DNA of 64,000 bases, taken from the NCBI GenBank assembly GCA_051294375.1, contig CM119266.1, positions 4,886,742 to 4,950,741 on the forward strand, given 5' to 3'. The notes under the pieces were generated by a model. That model ran no database searches. It was given only the letters and a program-made list of their open reading frames with translations, and was not told the origin of the DNA. This stretch comes from Paraspadella gotoi. Taxonomy: Eukaryota; Animalia; Chaetognatha. This document shows, piece by piece, positions 1 to 13,595 of the stretch. A program made the position numbers and the translations under genes. The first letter of the stretch is position 1, and each line of letters begins with the position of its first letter.

Positions 1-1446
1 TTTTTTTTCTTGGGCTCCGTTTTTTAGGGTTTTTAAGGGGAGGCAATTCCTTTATCCCTTACCAACTCGATTTTACAACCGTAATAACGAATAAGAGAAG
101 GAGGGTCGGAGCACTATGATCGAANNNNNNNNNNCTCATCCCCATATAAACGGAACTACGTAGGTGCCTAAATCGTAAACAAAAAAATAGAATTTATGTT
201 TAAAATTATATAATCGGTATTTTCTCAAGCACACTTCTCCATTTTAGTTCTCCTTCTCCCCTCTTCCCATCTAGCTCTCTCTCTCTCTCTCTCCCCCTGG
301 GCCCCCCTCTCTCTCTCTCTCTCTCTCTCGTCATTCTTTATTTCCGGTTTCGCGTCGACCGCGTTTCGTTCTCTTTTTCCGCTCCAGCGAATTTTCGCCC
401 TCAAATTTTTTCCAGCGAGGGCCTCCCCTGCGTTTTCGAACCCTTTGCGCACGCGCGCGCCGAACGAGGGGCGTTTCCATTTTGGGTTTTTTTATTTTTT
501 ATTTTTGCGCAATTTTTTTTTTAAACGATGAATGTACGATTGAATGTTGCTATTTTCGGTTCTTCGCTCTCTGCCAATTTAGACTAATTTGCACGAGCCT
601 CACTTTAAACGTTATTTGCATATTATTTTTAACCTTCAAACGAATCTTAAAAACAACCATCAATTCATATCCTTTTAATCACATCTTTCCAAATTCTTAC
701 AACAAATCTCAATTCTTGATGAATTATCCGAGAGAAAAACCGATTGGGATCGAATATTCGCTAAAACCAAAAACGTTTATATATTTATATACGAATCTCA
801 ACATTGAGATTATGCGGGTTCATGATCCCTCGCCGAGAATCCGAATCTTCCCATTTATTTTTTGGGGGGGGGAGTGAGAGGGGGAAGTGAGAGGGGGGAG
901 TGAGAGGGGCAGGGGAAGGAAAAAACTTTGGGTGTGTGGCGCACGGAGTTGGCGAATATCCCCGGCGCGTGACATGAGCGCGTGAGAATCGAGCCTGGAC
1001 TTGACTCCTTTGGGGAAACTAACCTCCGCGCAACCTCCCGAACCCTGAGGCATCCCCGTTCTGGTACCCCTGGTACCCCTGGGCAACCTCACCGGCATTC
1101 TCCGTTAATCCCGGGCACCCCTCGGCTACAGTATGTAAAATGGGCTGCAAAGCGGGCTGTCATGAATTTAGTAAAACTAATATTATAATTATATATTCAT
1201 TTATAAATAGGTAAGCTGTTTTTCCTTTTGTTATTGAATCAAGGCCACTTACAAAATAATTATATAGCAGGACGCTGCCCTGCAATCAAGACTCACGCAC
1301 AGCATTTTTATCAACTCCCAGAATACTTGGCTTCCCTTGTAAAAAAGAATCTTTCACACGTCCGCAAGAGCAAAGGATCACCACTGTACCATCTAGCCTC
1401 TCCTTACCCTCCTTCCAAAACCGAACTGAACCAACGGCACCATCGT

Positions 1447-1589
1447 TGCACAATGTCGTTGCACAATCTTTGCACAATGTCGTTGCACAATCTTTGCACA
1501 ATGTCGTTGCAGAATCTTTGCACAATGTCGTTGCAGAATCGTTTCACAATGTCGTTGCAGAATCGTTGCACAATGTCGTTGCAGAATCG
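1447..1589 (+). repeat. 24-bp tandem repeat (tgcacaatgtcgttgca[c/g]aatc[t/g]t), 6 copies
   Basis: Direct reading; each unit is built from 13- and 11-bp subunits. Confidence 0.95.
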
Positions 1590-2394
1590 CGTCGCTCAAT
1601 TTGGTCTTAAACGTCGGTGAGGGAAGGCCGACGGTTGCGGAGGGGCGGGGTGGCGAGGTGCTGGGAGTCAATAGACGATGAGGGAAAGGGTTCCGAGTTC
1701 GAGACATGGCTGGGGACATTTTGAAGGTTAGAGCCAAGGTGTCCACGGATTCCTGAACTTTTAGGAGAAAATGATTTTTAACGGAGGTTCTTTCGTTGGT
1801 GACGGGTTATGGAGAGCAACGTTTAATGAATGTTCATTTTCATTGAAAACAATTTATCCATCGTTTGAGTTTCACGTTTCTCCCTCCTGATAACAACAAC
1901 GACAACCACGCGGCTTTTCCCTTCTCGGTCCATTTCCCGTCTCCGTTCGATCCATGAAAGATTCCGGCCACGAATTCGATGTCCCGTCGATTTGTACGCA
2001 GATTGTCGCCCCTTTGCCCCCCCCCCCTCCATCTCCCCCTCCCCCCTTTCGGTTGGCGATATCCATTTCCTCATTTATCCTTTTCTTTCTTTCCTCTTTT
2101 TGCTTCATTGAATTCTTTCCTCATTGGTTCCATTTCTCAGAAATGTATTTCTTTTCTTATTGTCCCTTTTAAGTTTCTTCTTCCTTCTCATTTTCTTTTA
2201 CTTCCCCGCTTAACTTAGCCCAATATTTCCCTCACTCGCCCCCTAACAACATTTCACGCTCCCCCGGAGGCGGCCCGCCATCGCCCAGGGCCCCCGCATA
2301 CCCTCCGTGCCCTTTGGGCTATGGTCGGGGCTTAACGGGTAATTTACCCTTGAACGGCGGTGGCCGTCGGCTCTACTAAAAATCGTTGGACAAA

Positions 2395-2785
2395 AGGGAC
2401 CCATTTTTTATCCCATTTTTTATCCCATTTTTTATCCCATTTTTATTCGGGTTTTATTTCTGTTTTTATCAGTTTTCTTCTGGGTTTTATCAGTTTTTTT
2501 CAGTTTTTACAATGGTTTTATCAGTTTTATCCCTTGATTTATTAGCTTTAGCCTATTTTTATCAGTTTTTATTTAGTTTACATCCCATTTCGTACAGTAT
2601 TATTAAATTTTTTTTTATGTGCTTCATTCGGGGTTTTTATCATTCTTTACCAGATTTTTATCCCTTTTCATCACATTTTATTCGTTTTAAACCAATTCAT
2701 TCGGTTCGCATCCCAGCTTAATTCAGTATTTAAATCCGGTTTTTATTATCCGGTTTTTGTCCCAATTTTATCAGTTGTTATCCGG
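2395..2785 (+). repeat. Degenerate T-rich short tandem repeat (ccattttttatc / ttttatcagt)
   Basis: Direct reading. Confidence 0.7.
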
Positions 2786-3368
2786 TTCCCCCGTCCTACA
2801 GTTATCTCGAGTAATATTGACCATCGACGAGAGAGAACTCGCCCCAGGGGGGGGGGCGGCGGAGGAGGAGCAGGAGGAGGAGGAAGAGGAGGGATCGAAA
2901 TTCCATCTCCTCCCTTGTTAAGGATGGTTTAGTGTTTCTAGCGTTGCTAAGGGAATTAGCCTTTTGTTCGCGTAATTCTTTCGACGCCAACGGTTTTTCC
3001 CAATTTTTTTTTCGCCTTCGGATCGGTTTTGTTTCGGGGGTGGAAGAGGGAGATGCGTGTGGGGTCTAGAAGGGTCTAAATGGGTTCAATTCAGTTAAGG
3101 AAATGAGAAAGTGAGTTTAGCAATACGGGTGTGTCCATGAGGGGGGCGGGGGCGGGGGGCGTGGTAACACTGGCAACTTTTCCCGCTCGTTCGCCTCCGC
3201 ATCCAAGATATCAATTTCAGAAAAGTTATTTTTTTAAATTCAAATTTTCCCGCGCTCAGATTCCTTTCGTCGCTCGAGAATGTTGCTTCTATCGCCGCAA
3301 CGATATATTTAAATTTTCCCGCCTCCCGAGAAATTTTTTGCGTGAGAAATTGGGTATTTGTTTTCAAG

Positions 3369-3406
<38 letters not shown>

Positions 3407-3978
3407 GTGAAAGGATAACGAGAATCTAAAACGATTCATATTTTTTCCCATATTTTCTTTCATCGTTTCTTTTTATGCCAAATCCGATTTCAATAAATAT
3501 TTTTTCTTTATTTTTAAAGATATTGTAAAAAAAAGAAGAAAATATCAAATACTATTATTTCCTTTCTCTCTGTTCTTGACATTCAATTTTTTTTAAATTA
3601 TCGACTTTTTCTTTTATTTATTTTTTTTTTACAGATTTTCGTATCAAATTCTTTTTCTCTTTTAAAAATCGATTTGCCTTTTATAATAATTTAAAAAATA
3701 TTTTAATATTTATAAAAAAGATATTGCGATATCCGTTTCTCTACTGAAATAAAAATCGTTGTTTAAATCAATTTCAAGATTTTCTAAATAAAAAAGATAT
3801 AAAATTTGTCTCAACCCGACATCTTTCGTCCTTTTCTGGTTCCAGTTTATTCTCCTTCGTCTTCTGATTAAATTGTGAAATTGCGAAACCAGATCTCGTA
3901 CGAAGTTACCGTTTTCCCTTCTTGCAATTTTGATCCGACGTCGTTGAAATTGCATAAGTTTACTTGACAGACTTGGTT

Positions 3979-4038
<60 letters not shown>

Positions 4039-4449
4039 CCCCCCCTCTCTTTTTTGACCCATATAGCTCACGTTATAGTTCTCTCTTTGTTTTCTATGAA
4101 ATCGGTACAACCAATATAAAATTATTCATTAATTTAATAAATAAGCTATCTTGCCCCTGACGTTGGACCGGCTTTGGTAATTTAAAGCCTCCATCCACCT
4201 TTCGATAACATAGCAGGACCCCCAATCTCTTAATCAAGATTAGTTAACTAACTGTGAGAAGATTCTAATTTGAATAAGGTTTTCTACCTTCTCTTTCTTA
4301 TTTACCCATCGCTCTTCTTTTCTCTCGCTCTCCCTCTCCCTCTCTTTTTGTCTCTTTTATTTTCTTCTTCACTTCGCTGACTTTTTCATTTTCTTTTAAT
4401 GTCGTTTTCTTTTTCCTTTAGCCTTCGGTTTCTGCCTCCAAAAATGAAA

Positions 4450-4486
<37 letters not shown>

Positions 4487-5489
4487 AGAAAACTTTAAAA
4501 AGTCAAAAAGAAAATAAAAGTAGGCGTGGCCAAGGCTGCGCCCACGGAGTCAAAAAGGGCAGCATTTCCCGAAAGTGGCCATTTTCGTTCCTAATTCCTA
4601 AAGTTGATTTAAATGCTCATTGGAACCATATGCTTTACCACATCCCAAATCCAATTCTTATACCTAGTATATAATCAATCTCCTAACCTAATCATTAAAT
4701 TTAAAAAATAAAAAAACTTTGAATTTAAGCTGAAAATGGATGCTTTGGGAAAATATGGCAAAAAAATAGTTATGAGAGGTTAAATATCGAGCTTTTTTGT
4801 CTCACTGCGCAGCTGTCGTTGTTGTTGTCGTTACCATGACGACGACGCCGGGTCGCTTGAATTTTCCAAAAACGATTTCTCAAAGAATTACGTCGTCTCC
4901 AGATATTTTTTTTAAAGGCCCAACCACATGACTGGACAAGAAGGTTCTTTTTAGCCAATTAAATTAAAGAAAACGAGAATCAAATTATAAATAAAAATAA
5001 ATTACCTGATTTCGTCTCTTAGACCTTTTTTCCGAAGCGATGATTGGTTGAAAATGTTTCAATAAATTACTTGTTTCTGTTGGTTTTTTTTTTCCATAAT
5101 TCGTCACGAAAAACTGACCAGGACACAAAATAGTAATAAAAACAATATTTATAGAATTAATTTTTCCCCGATTCGTGCTTTACTTAAAAGGAATTCTTTT
5201 TTTTTTCTGTCGTGCCTTTCGTTTTTCGTTTTCTTCATGAGTCGCGTTTCGCACGCAAACCAGAAAGAATTCCTCGTCTCGCGTCGCGAACGTTTCTCGC
5301 TCCTTCGACCAATCAGCGGTCAGGGTTTCACGAGTCGCGTCGTTGGCGACGACCAATCAGATTCTCGATTATATTTCTCGCGTACTGAGTGTCGGTCGAG
5401 AAGAAGAATAAGATTAAAGGGTAAATATGTAATTCGAAGAGTCCTCTGCGATGTGTCATAGAAATATGGTATCATTATTGATATGAAAT

Positions 5490-5740
5490 TGGTACAACCA
5501 ATATAAAAATTATCCATTCATTTAATAAATAAGCTATCTTGCCCCTGACTTTGGACTGGCTTTGGTGGTTTAAGGCCTCCATCACTCTTACAAGATAATG
5601 TCATAGCAGGTCCCTGCAAGCTTTCAATCAAGACTCTCTCACAGTCTCGTTTATTCACTCCCAGAGTACCTGGCTTCCCTATCAATGAAGTGGAAAATAT
5701 TTCAAAGAATGTTTCAATTGTATGAAAAGACCACTCCCTT
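5490..5740 (+). repeat. Dispersed repeat family (other copies ~1180-1390, 4105-4245, 19328-19425, and ~8640-8740 on the reverse strand)
   Basis: Shared core gtacaaccaatat...aataagctatcttgcccctgac.ttggac.ggct and atagcagg...aatcaagact...actcccaga.tac.tggcttccct. Confidence 0.75.
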
Positions 5741-6392
5741 AAGTATTAGATCGGGGAATAATTATTGTACTCCGCACTAGCATCAAAATACAAGTATAAC
5801 GGAATGTGGTAAGATTATAAACAAGTTTTTTTTATTTAAAAACAAAGTTTGGTACTTTCTATCTCTCTTTTTTACAGCTGTCATATTTCTTCCGTTTGTC
5901 ATTTGTTTTCTTGTGTACAACGCCATCTTGTGCGTGGGCGTTGTTGGACAATGTGGCGTCGGTTGATTAGTGACAGTTCAGACTTGAAAAAAAAAGAATA
6001 ATTCTGTCGGGATTGAAAGAATGACGAAAGAGCCTTTGGTTCTACCGACAGAAGTGAAAAGAAAAGCTAATTGCTGAACATTAATTTTGTTTTGTTCTTT
6101 TGTTGTTTGCATTGCCTGTTAAATGTCTAAAAGTTGCGGGGGGGGGGCGTTGGATTGAGAAGAGAAAACATATGTTAGCGCTGTGTTAGATGTCGCTAAA
6201 ATCTGAACGGTTTCAACAATGATTGACATTCGTTCTACGTATTGATCGAAAGGTTGCAGGCTTTTGCGATAAAGGTGGTACTGTGGCAGCACGACTTAAA
6301 GCTGCCTCACTGCTCTCCGTCCTTAGCTTCGTCTCAATGGCTGAGCAGTGAGCACCGAGCAGTGAGCAGGCTAAATCATCTCGTTTCAACCG

Positions 6393-6469
6393 GAAATTAG
6401 CGCCGCTTCTAGAAATTGGCGCCGCTCCTAGAAATTGGCGCCGTTCCAGGAAATTGGCGCCACTCTTAG
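6393..6469 (+). repeat. 19-bp tandem repeat (gaaattggcgccgctccta), 4 copies
   Basis: Direct reading. Confidence 0.9.
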
Positions 6470-6499
6470 ATCTTGCAGAGAAATATTCGAGTCTCGTTT

Positions 6500-6755
6500 A
6501 AGATGGACCCTTTTTAGACCCCACGGGCGTCAAGATGGACCCTTTTAGACCCCACAGGCGTCAAGCGGGGTCGAATCGTTAAGATGGACCCTTTTTAGAC
6601 CCCACGGGCGTCAAGATGGACCCTTTTTAGACCCCACGGGCGTCAGGATGGACCTTTTTAGACCCCACGGGCGTCAAGATGGACCCTTTTTAGACCCCAC
6701 GGGCGTCAAGATGGACCCTTTTTAGACCCACGGGCTTCAAGTGGGTCGAATCCGT
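6500..6755 (+). repeat. ~32-bp tandem repeat (aagatggaccctttttagaccccacgggcgtc), ~7 copies in two blocks (2 + 5)
   Basis: Direct reading; both blocks end in a gggtcgaatc tail. Confidence 0.95.
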
Positions 6756-9700
6756 TTTCTTGTTTCGACAAAGATATTGGTTCTGGGTCCGCCGATGGAG
6801 GGCGGGGTCAGTCAAAAAAAAAGGGCAACTGAAGGTCGACGGAAAACCCGCCCATAATTGGAATGAGAGAGAGAGATGGAGAGAGAGAGAAAACGTGGGA
6901 TGGAAAAGTAAGGGGATGAGAGAGCTGGAGGGAAAATTCGTCATTTATTACATACTAGGCGGTCATTAGGCGGGTGTATATATTATATAAAAACTTGATT
7001 GTAAGGACTATATGCGTTTTTACGTTCAAACATATTCGTAAATTATTTAATGATACTTTTTTATCATTATTTTTTTAAAATTTACTAAAAAAAATTCGCT
7101 CTACTCGCAAACAAGATTAAATTCTTGGTCCTTGAAAAAAAAACAAAGACGAATGACTTTTGAGGGAAATGAAGATTCATTTATCACTCGGTGGAGGAAG
7201 AAAAAAACCTGATTTATTTATTTTTGTTTATTATTATAATACACGGAAAAACATGATATTCACTTGCGACTCGTTTGCACGCTTGGCTGGAAAAAGAAAA
7301 TATCGTGAAAACGGGAAATGGATAGCGAAAAAATATCGTAATAGAGCAATATTTAAAAAGGAATCGCTAGATTTCTTGTTTCATTAATTTAGCGTAAATT
7401 TCTTGAACAAATAATCAAAACTTGTGTCTGATAATATTTAAACTTTAAGTGTAACGAAAATTTCGTTTGAACAGGAGAATTAAACAACAAAATATATAAC
7501 TACATATTTTATTTTTAATTAGCCTTATATTAAAATAAACAATATTATTTAATAAAAAATTTCAAAATGAAAATTTGACATCCCCTTCGTCCCATCACAC
7601 CTGCAACGTTAAGACCCCCCCCTGCGCCCTCCCCAACTCATGGTCCGTGTCCCGTTACTTTTTTTTTCACGAGTCACAATTTTCCGGTTTTATGGACAAT
7701 TTTTTTCGACCTCGATAAAATTCCCTCACATCGTAAATATGGCGGCCATTTTTTTATAACCTTAAAAAAAAAACTTTCCACTTTTTCTCGATTGAAAATC
7801 CCATGAATTTTGATGGGAGAAAAAAAGTTTAGGTTTTCTTCGCTTTCTGCTTCGGTATTGGATATGCTTTGCTTTTTTTTGATGCTTTGCTTTTTTTAGA
7901 TGCTTTGTCTTTTGCTTTTTTAAAATCATTAGATATTTACTTCTTGGTGTTTTTTTTTGACTTATGATCTGCTTCACTCTTGAATCTGGTTTTCTTCTTT
8001 TTCTCTTTTTCTTCTGATTTGCTTTTTCATTTGATTCGCTCTGAAATCTGCTTTGCTCTTAAATCTGCTTCGCTCTTAAATCTGCTTTGATCTGCTTCGT
8101 TATTTATAAACTTTTTGGTTCTTGTCTCTGCTTTTGTTTTTGATCATTTGGTTTCTGACCTGCTTCACTTATTCATTCGCTTTTTATCCGGCTTTGCTCT
8201 TGGTTTCTGATTTATTTTCCTTTAAATCTACTTTTACCTTGCTTTTTTTTAATCAGCTTTTGCTCTTTGGATCCGCATGGGCTTTGCTATTTTCCACCCT
8301 CCCCCCCGCGAAAAAACGAAGCGAAGCGAAGCTAAGCGCTTTTTCTCCCGAGGTCGGCCGAGGAGGCAACACAAGTCACGTCGAGGTCAGCCCTATCGTT
8401 AGAACCGCAATCGGGTTTTTTTCTCATTACGCGAAAAATCCTCGAGCGTCTCATTTCTCGAGGTTCGACGAAATTTATTTTTTGAGGAGCGAAAGTTGTA
8501 GAGGAACAATTTCGATGGAGAAAATTAGGCTTTAAAAAGACATTGGCAAAGTTTATTTTTTTGGCGAAATAGACAAGGAATTTAACTAGACTGAGAGAGA
8601 GTCGAGATTTATACGTAACAAAAAGGTTCTTGCAATGTTATTATTATCTTGAAAGAAGCAGGAAAGCCTTGTCCTCCCATAGCTTGTCAAAAGTCAGGGA
8701 AAAATAGATTGTATTAAATGGATTGGTTGTACCAATTTTATTCAAAAACACGCAGAAATTCACGAATTCAAACCCCGCAGCGTTATTAGACCAAGTGAGA
8801 CAGTTTTATTTCAACTTACCAAAGACCTCTGCAGTTCTTTTTATGGATTTACCTTACCAATTCCGTTGCGCCCGATCCACTTCCGGTTTCAAAGCCAAGA
8901 GGTTTAGAGGCCACGACGTAATGCCCGTTCATAAAAACAAAGCAGCCGAATTATGGCTGCGGCTGCCGGCGGGCTGCGGTGGGCTGCGTCGGCGGTCGAT
9001 CGGTCGCGCGTACGACCAAACGGAGATTATTAATACGGCCCGAGAGGAGGCGAGTTATCGGGGTCCGTTTTATCATTTAGTATTGTGAAGAGAAGAAGAG
9101 CTTAAGTTAATCGAGATAAATAAGAAAAACAAAAAAAAACTCATTTTTTTTTGCTTCGGCGTTTGGGGGGAGGGGGAGGGAGTTGAGGGGTTAATGGGTG
9201 TTCGGGGGGGAGGAGGGGGCTGAGATGTTGGGAAGTGTTTGTGAGAGAGAGAGAGAGAAGACTGAGAGAGAGAGGATGGAGTCGAGACAGTCGATTGGAA
9301 AATTAAGGAGTTTGGAAAACTTGTAAACGGGGAGAATGAAGGAAGGAAAGACAGGACTGACGGACAGACGGAAAGAAGGAATAACGAAAAGGAAAGTGCT
9401 GTACTCGTCAATAAAAAGTGGAGTAGAATTGAAACTTGGGGGGGCGTTTGGGCGGGCGGTGGGAGGGGGCGGGCGGGAAGAAGACATGAAATTATTACTG
9501 AGGAGAGAAATCTATATAGTAAGTTGGCGTTGAAAAAATAACGAAATATAGAAACACAAAATCATAGTGAGGTACATAGATATTTTAGTGTAATAAAAGT
9601 CCTGTAGAGATTCGATGATCTGACTAAACATTTTTTTTTTGTATAAGTCTCATCTTCTTTGTCGGAAATGGCGATTTTTATTTGCAGCATAGTAAGGTGC

Positions 9701-11207
9701 TATTAAAATGGGAGCAAACATTGTAGAGTAATAAGAACATCAAAATTTATTAAGATTTAATAAAAGCCATATTTAACCTTAACATAATATGAATAATAAG
9801 ACCGCATATGAAATATTTTGGTAAGCTTTATTTATATAATTTTATATTTTATTAATAGTTTGTTAGCTATATTTATTAATAAATAATAATTAAAATAAGC
9901 TAAAGTGAAAAAAAATTAAAATTTTAAATTTTAAAACCAGATTTGAATTCCCATTACAAAAAGTTGATATATAGAAAATATAATCCATTTTAAAAAAAAA
10001 TTCTTTTTCATTAAAGGTGGTTAAAATACTTATAACACTACACTTATTATTTTTATTTATTTACATTGTTTGGGGCTTAAAATTAAAGTTTTTTCTGAAT
10101 TTTGAGCACCTTAATGACATAATTTTGATATATAAAAAATATTTTTCTTTATATCAACCTTTTGGGCAAAAAGACTGGCACGGGGCCAGAATCCATGAAA
10201 AAATTTGAAATTATTATTTTTTTAACTCTAATTAGGAGGCCCAGTGTTTTGTTTTGTTACCTTACTACATAATATATGTAATCACATATATCGCTAGATG
10301 ATCGATAACGTAACTTTTTATTTTATAAACAAGAATAGTTCTATTTTTTTCTTATTTTTTGAAACAACATAAAATTTAGATATAACTTAACACCCAAAAT
10401 AATTTTAATTAATCCTTTATATTTTATATTTCAAAAGGCTCATATAAGTTTTAGTTAAAATTTTTAATCATTTGCATTTGATTCATATGACATACTTAGT
10501 AATGGTTTTTATTAAAATTTAGAATTAGATTACTGTTATATATCATATTATAATTGAAAAGGAGAAGAAACGACTCCGAGTCGTAGCACGCTTGATTGTT
10601 TAAATTTTTATGTTGTTCGACAGGCCCTGCGGCGGTACCGTGAGGTGTATCGGACTGCGACCGATCATCAGACGGGTGAGACTATTTATAATCCAGAAGT
10701 ACATTGACAATTGACAAGCGTGAGGTGTGGCTGGTAAAAATAAGTGACAGATAGGAAATTATACCGGTCCGAAAGATAGATCACGCTTAAATGGTACCGT
10801 CATCAGATCGAACATGCCCAAAACTGCGCAGTGCGCGATCGAAGATTGTAATTCTGAAGCTGTCGTCTGATTCCTAACATTACACCAGACTTATTTGGAG
10901 AATTAAAGCCAGCATTAGCTGTTTAGAAATGTATGATAACGAGAAGTTAGCTTACGTCGTTCTACAGTTGCAGTCGTGAGTTATGATCAGATAGGCGCGT
11001 GAGCTCGGGGACAGAAGAGGCACAAGGCGAGATCGGCCATGCTGTTCGCGGCGAGTGTATATGGCCTAGATGGGAGCGTAGCTGAGGATTAAATAGCTGG
11101 GCAGTAACATTACACTAAAATAGGCTACTAAATGTAGACGACTCTCACTTGATTTGTGTATTATTTTGTTATTTTTCAACGCTCTACTATATAGGTAATG
11201 GGAAGAG

Positions 11208-11242
<35 letters not shown>

Positions 11243-12886
11243 GAGAGAGAAAGGGAGAGACAGTGACAGAGAGAGAGAGAGAGAGTGTGAATGGAGGTTA
11301 AGAAAAAATAGTTACGTGAACCGGGAAGTTTTCCTTTCTTTTTAAGCGTGATTAATGAAGCCGGATGCGTCAGGTAAAAGCGGTTTTTGCTGTAACCTGA
11401 TTATATTATTAATTTCAAACTTCAAGGGCTTTTGGGAAAATTTTCCTAATTTATTTTAGTTATAAACTTAATTATAACGTGTATGATGTTAGGCGTTATT
11501 AGGTTTACGGGATCTTAGTTTTATTTTGGTTTAATACAGTGTGCTGATTACCAGTTTTAATTCTTTCGGGATTCTGGTTATAATTGAGTTCATCCACCTG
11601 CAGCGTTCATATTTTTTTTTCCAAATACACCCATGTGTAGTATAACGAGATAATTTTAGCTAATTTTGTCCAAGGGAATTTATTTTTTTTTTTTTTCGCG
11701 TTCCGCTAAAGAACTGAGGCTTTTGCAACTCTCTCTCTCTCCCTCTGACTGGATAACGCTGAATCGACTGTTTTAATTTTACAGTTTTAATAATTTAACG
11801 TTTTTTAAATTCTGTCAAGCACAAACGATTAATAACCAGCAAGCAGTTGGACGCCGCTATTCGGTCTTTTTCCGTCGTCGTCACTCGCTTTATGACCGAC
11901 TCAAAAGTGCCGAACGTGATGTACGAAATAATAGTAGTTTAGGTTTTTTTAGCAAACAAAAAAAAAAAAAAGCTGTAAACATTACGTACACAAATTTGTA
12001 AAAATACGAAGCGAAGTTTGATCGAGTTTGATCGAGCTTCACTGTGCGCCCGTCATTTTAAATCTGCTAAGGATCGTTGACGCAAAACGGTGACAACGGT
12101 TTTCTGGGTCATTTTTATCTGACCCCACGCAATTTTGAGTTGTGAAGGTAGTCGTCGTCGGTTAATTGAGTGACTAAAGAATTTTGAGGTTAATAAGTTT
12201 AATTAACTTAGCGATTCTTCCTCTTATGATAATTTTATTCGTGACGATCCACGCTTAAACATGACGTTCATATTTTGAACGCTCAAAACGGCGCCATCTT
12301 TTTGAGAGAATTCTACTTAAAAACGTCTCTTTTCTTGGCGAAGAACCCGCCTCCAGCCTGGTCTCCCCTCGGCGTCTCTCTTTTCAATTGTGTCCTTTTC
12401 TCCTTCTTTGTTTCGCTCCATTGAATCTTAGTCGCGCCTTTTATTTATTTATTCCGTTTTAAGTCACATCTTTGCTCGTCCTGGCGGCGGCGGCGGCGGC
12501 GGCTTTGCCCCTCCCCTATGCGGCCGCCTCAGCGCCGTCGATCTCGATATTTCGTTGTCATGGTTACAGCGTTTAACGTAAAGCGTCATCTTAAAGGACA
12601 TTTTGCCTATTTGTTCTGAGATCTCTAGACGATTGGTTTTTCTCACAGTCCTTGTCATAAAGCGCCATGATGTCATTGTTTTCTCTCACAAGTGATCATT
12701 TTTTGTCAGTTTGCCAGCCTTGTCATTCAAATGAAATTTGAGAGTCGATCTGTCGTTTTATGTACGTGTGGTTTTTGTCCGCCTTTCTTGTCAGCGAACC
12801 TCGTGAACACGCCTGGATTCACTTTGGCGTTATCACGGCGCCGGAAAGGTTCACTCTCCGGCGTCTTCACCGGCTTTCTCTCTCTC

Positions 12887-12951
<65 letters not shown>

Positions 12952-13595
12952 GTCGTCCAAAAACGAGGCGATTTTCTTTATGACTTTCGCCCAATTGAAG
13001 CCGACGGCGATGACAGAGATGACGATGACGGTGTCGACGATGACATCAATGATGACAAGGGTGTTTAGGGAGATAAATATCATAGAAAGAAGACGATAAC
13101 AAGATTAATATGATGACGATATCTACTATTGTAATGCGATTTGTGTACCGACGATGCTGACATGGATGATGATGATTTTGACATTGATAGAAATGACAAA
13201 AAGGATAATCAACATTGATGTTACATTAATTGTCATCAATTGTCAACGATGATGAATTCAAACGACGACGCTAATTACGATGATACCGACAATGACAATA
13301 GGAATGACAATAGGGATGACAAGATCGATATCACTGGTGCTGCCTATTCCCGACGAGGGTTGTGGCAGCCTCTCCGCAGCATCATCCGCAGCATCGCCCG
13401 CGGCCTCGCCGCAGCATCGCCCGCAGCCTCGCCGCAGCCCCGCCGCAGCCCCGCCGCGAATATGACAAGAGTCGCGATTTCCACGATGGCGATGATTTCT
13501 GCAATAATGGGATCGACCACAGCGACACCAAACGACGCGAAAATGTGAAACATATGAGATGACGAAGATGACGTTGACAAGAGGGACGAGAGAGA

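Noticed and set aside
982-1130. GC-rich ORF ending at a gtatgt donor as an upstream Piezo exon
   Set aside because: No clear acceptor, and the frame needed to join the 2219 candidate exon contains a stop.
1228-1746. ORFs with CTMSLHNL / LQRHCAKI repeats
   Set aside because: Products of the 24-bp tandem repeat; no recognisable domain or convincing splice context.
6500-6755. 32-bp repeats as a CRISPR array
   Set aside because: Contiguous tandem units without spacers.
12950-13580. Asp/Met/Ala-rich ORFs as a coding exon
   Set aside because: Degenerate (GAT/GAC)n and (GCCGCA)n simple repeats, open in several frames, without a consistent splice pair.
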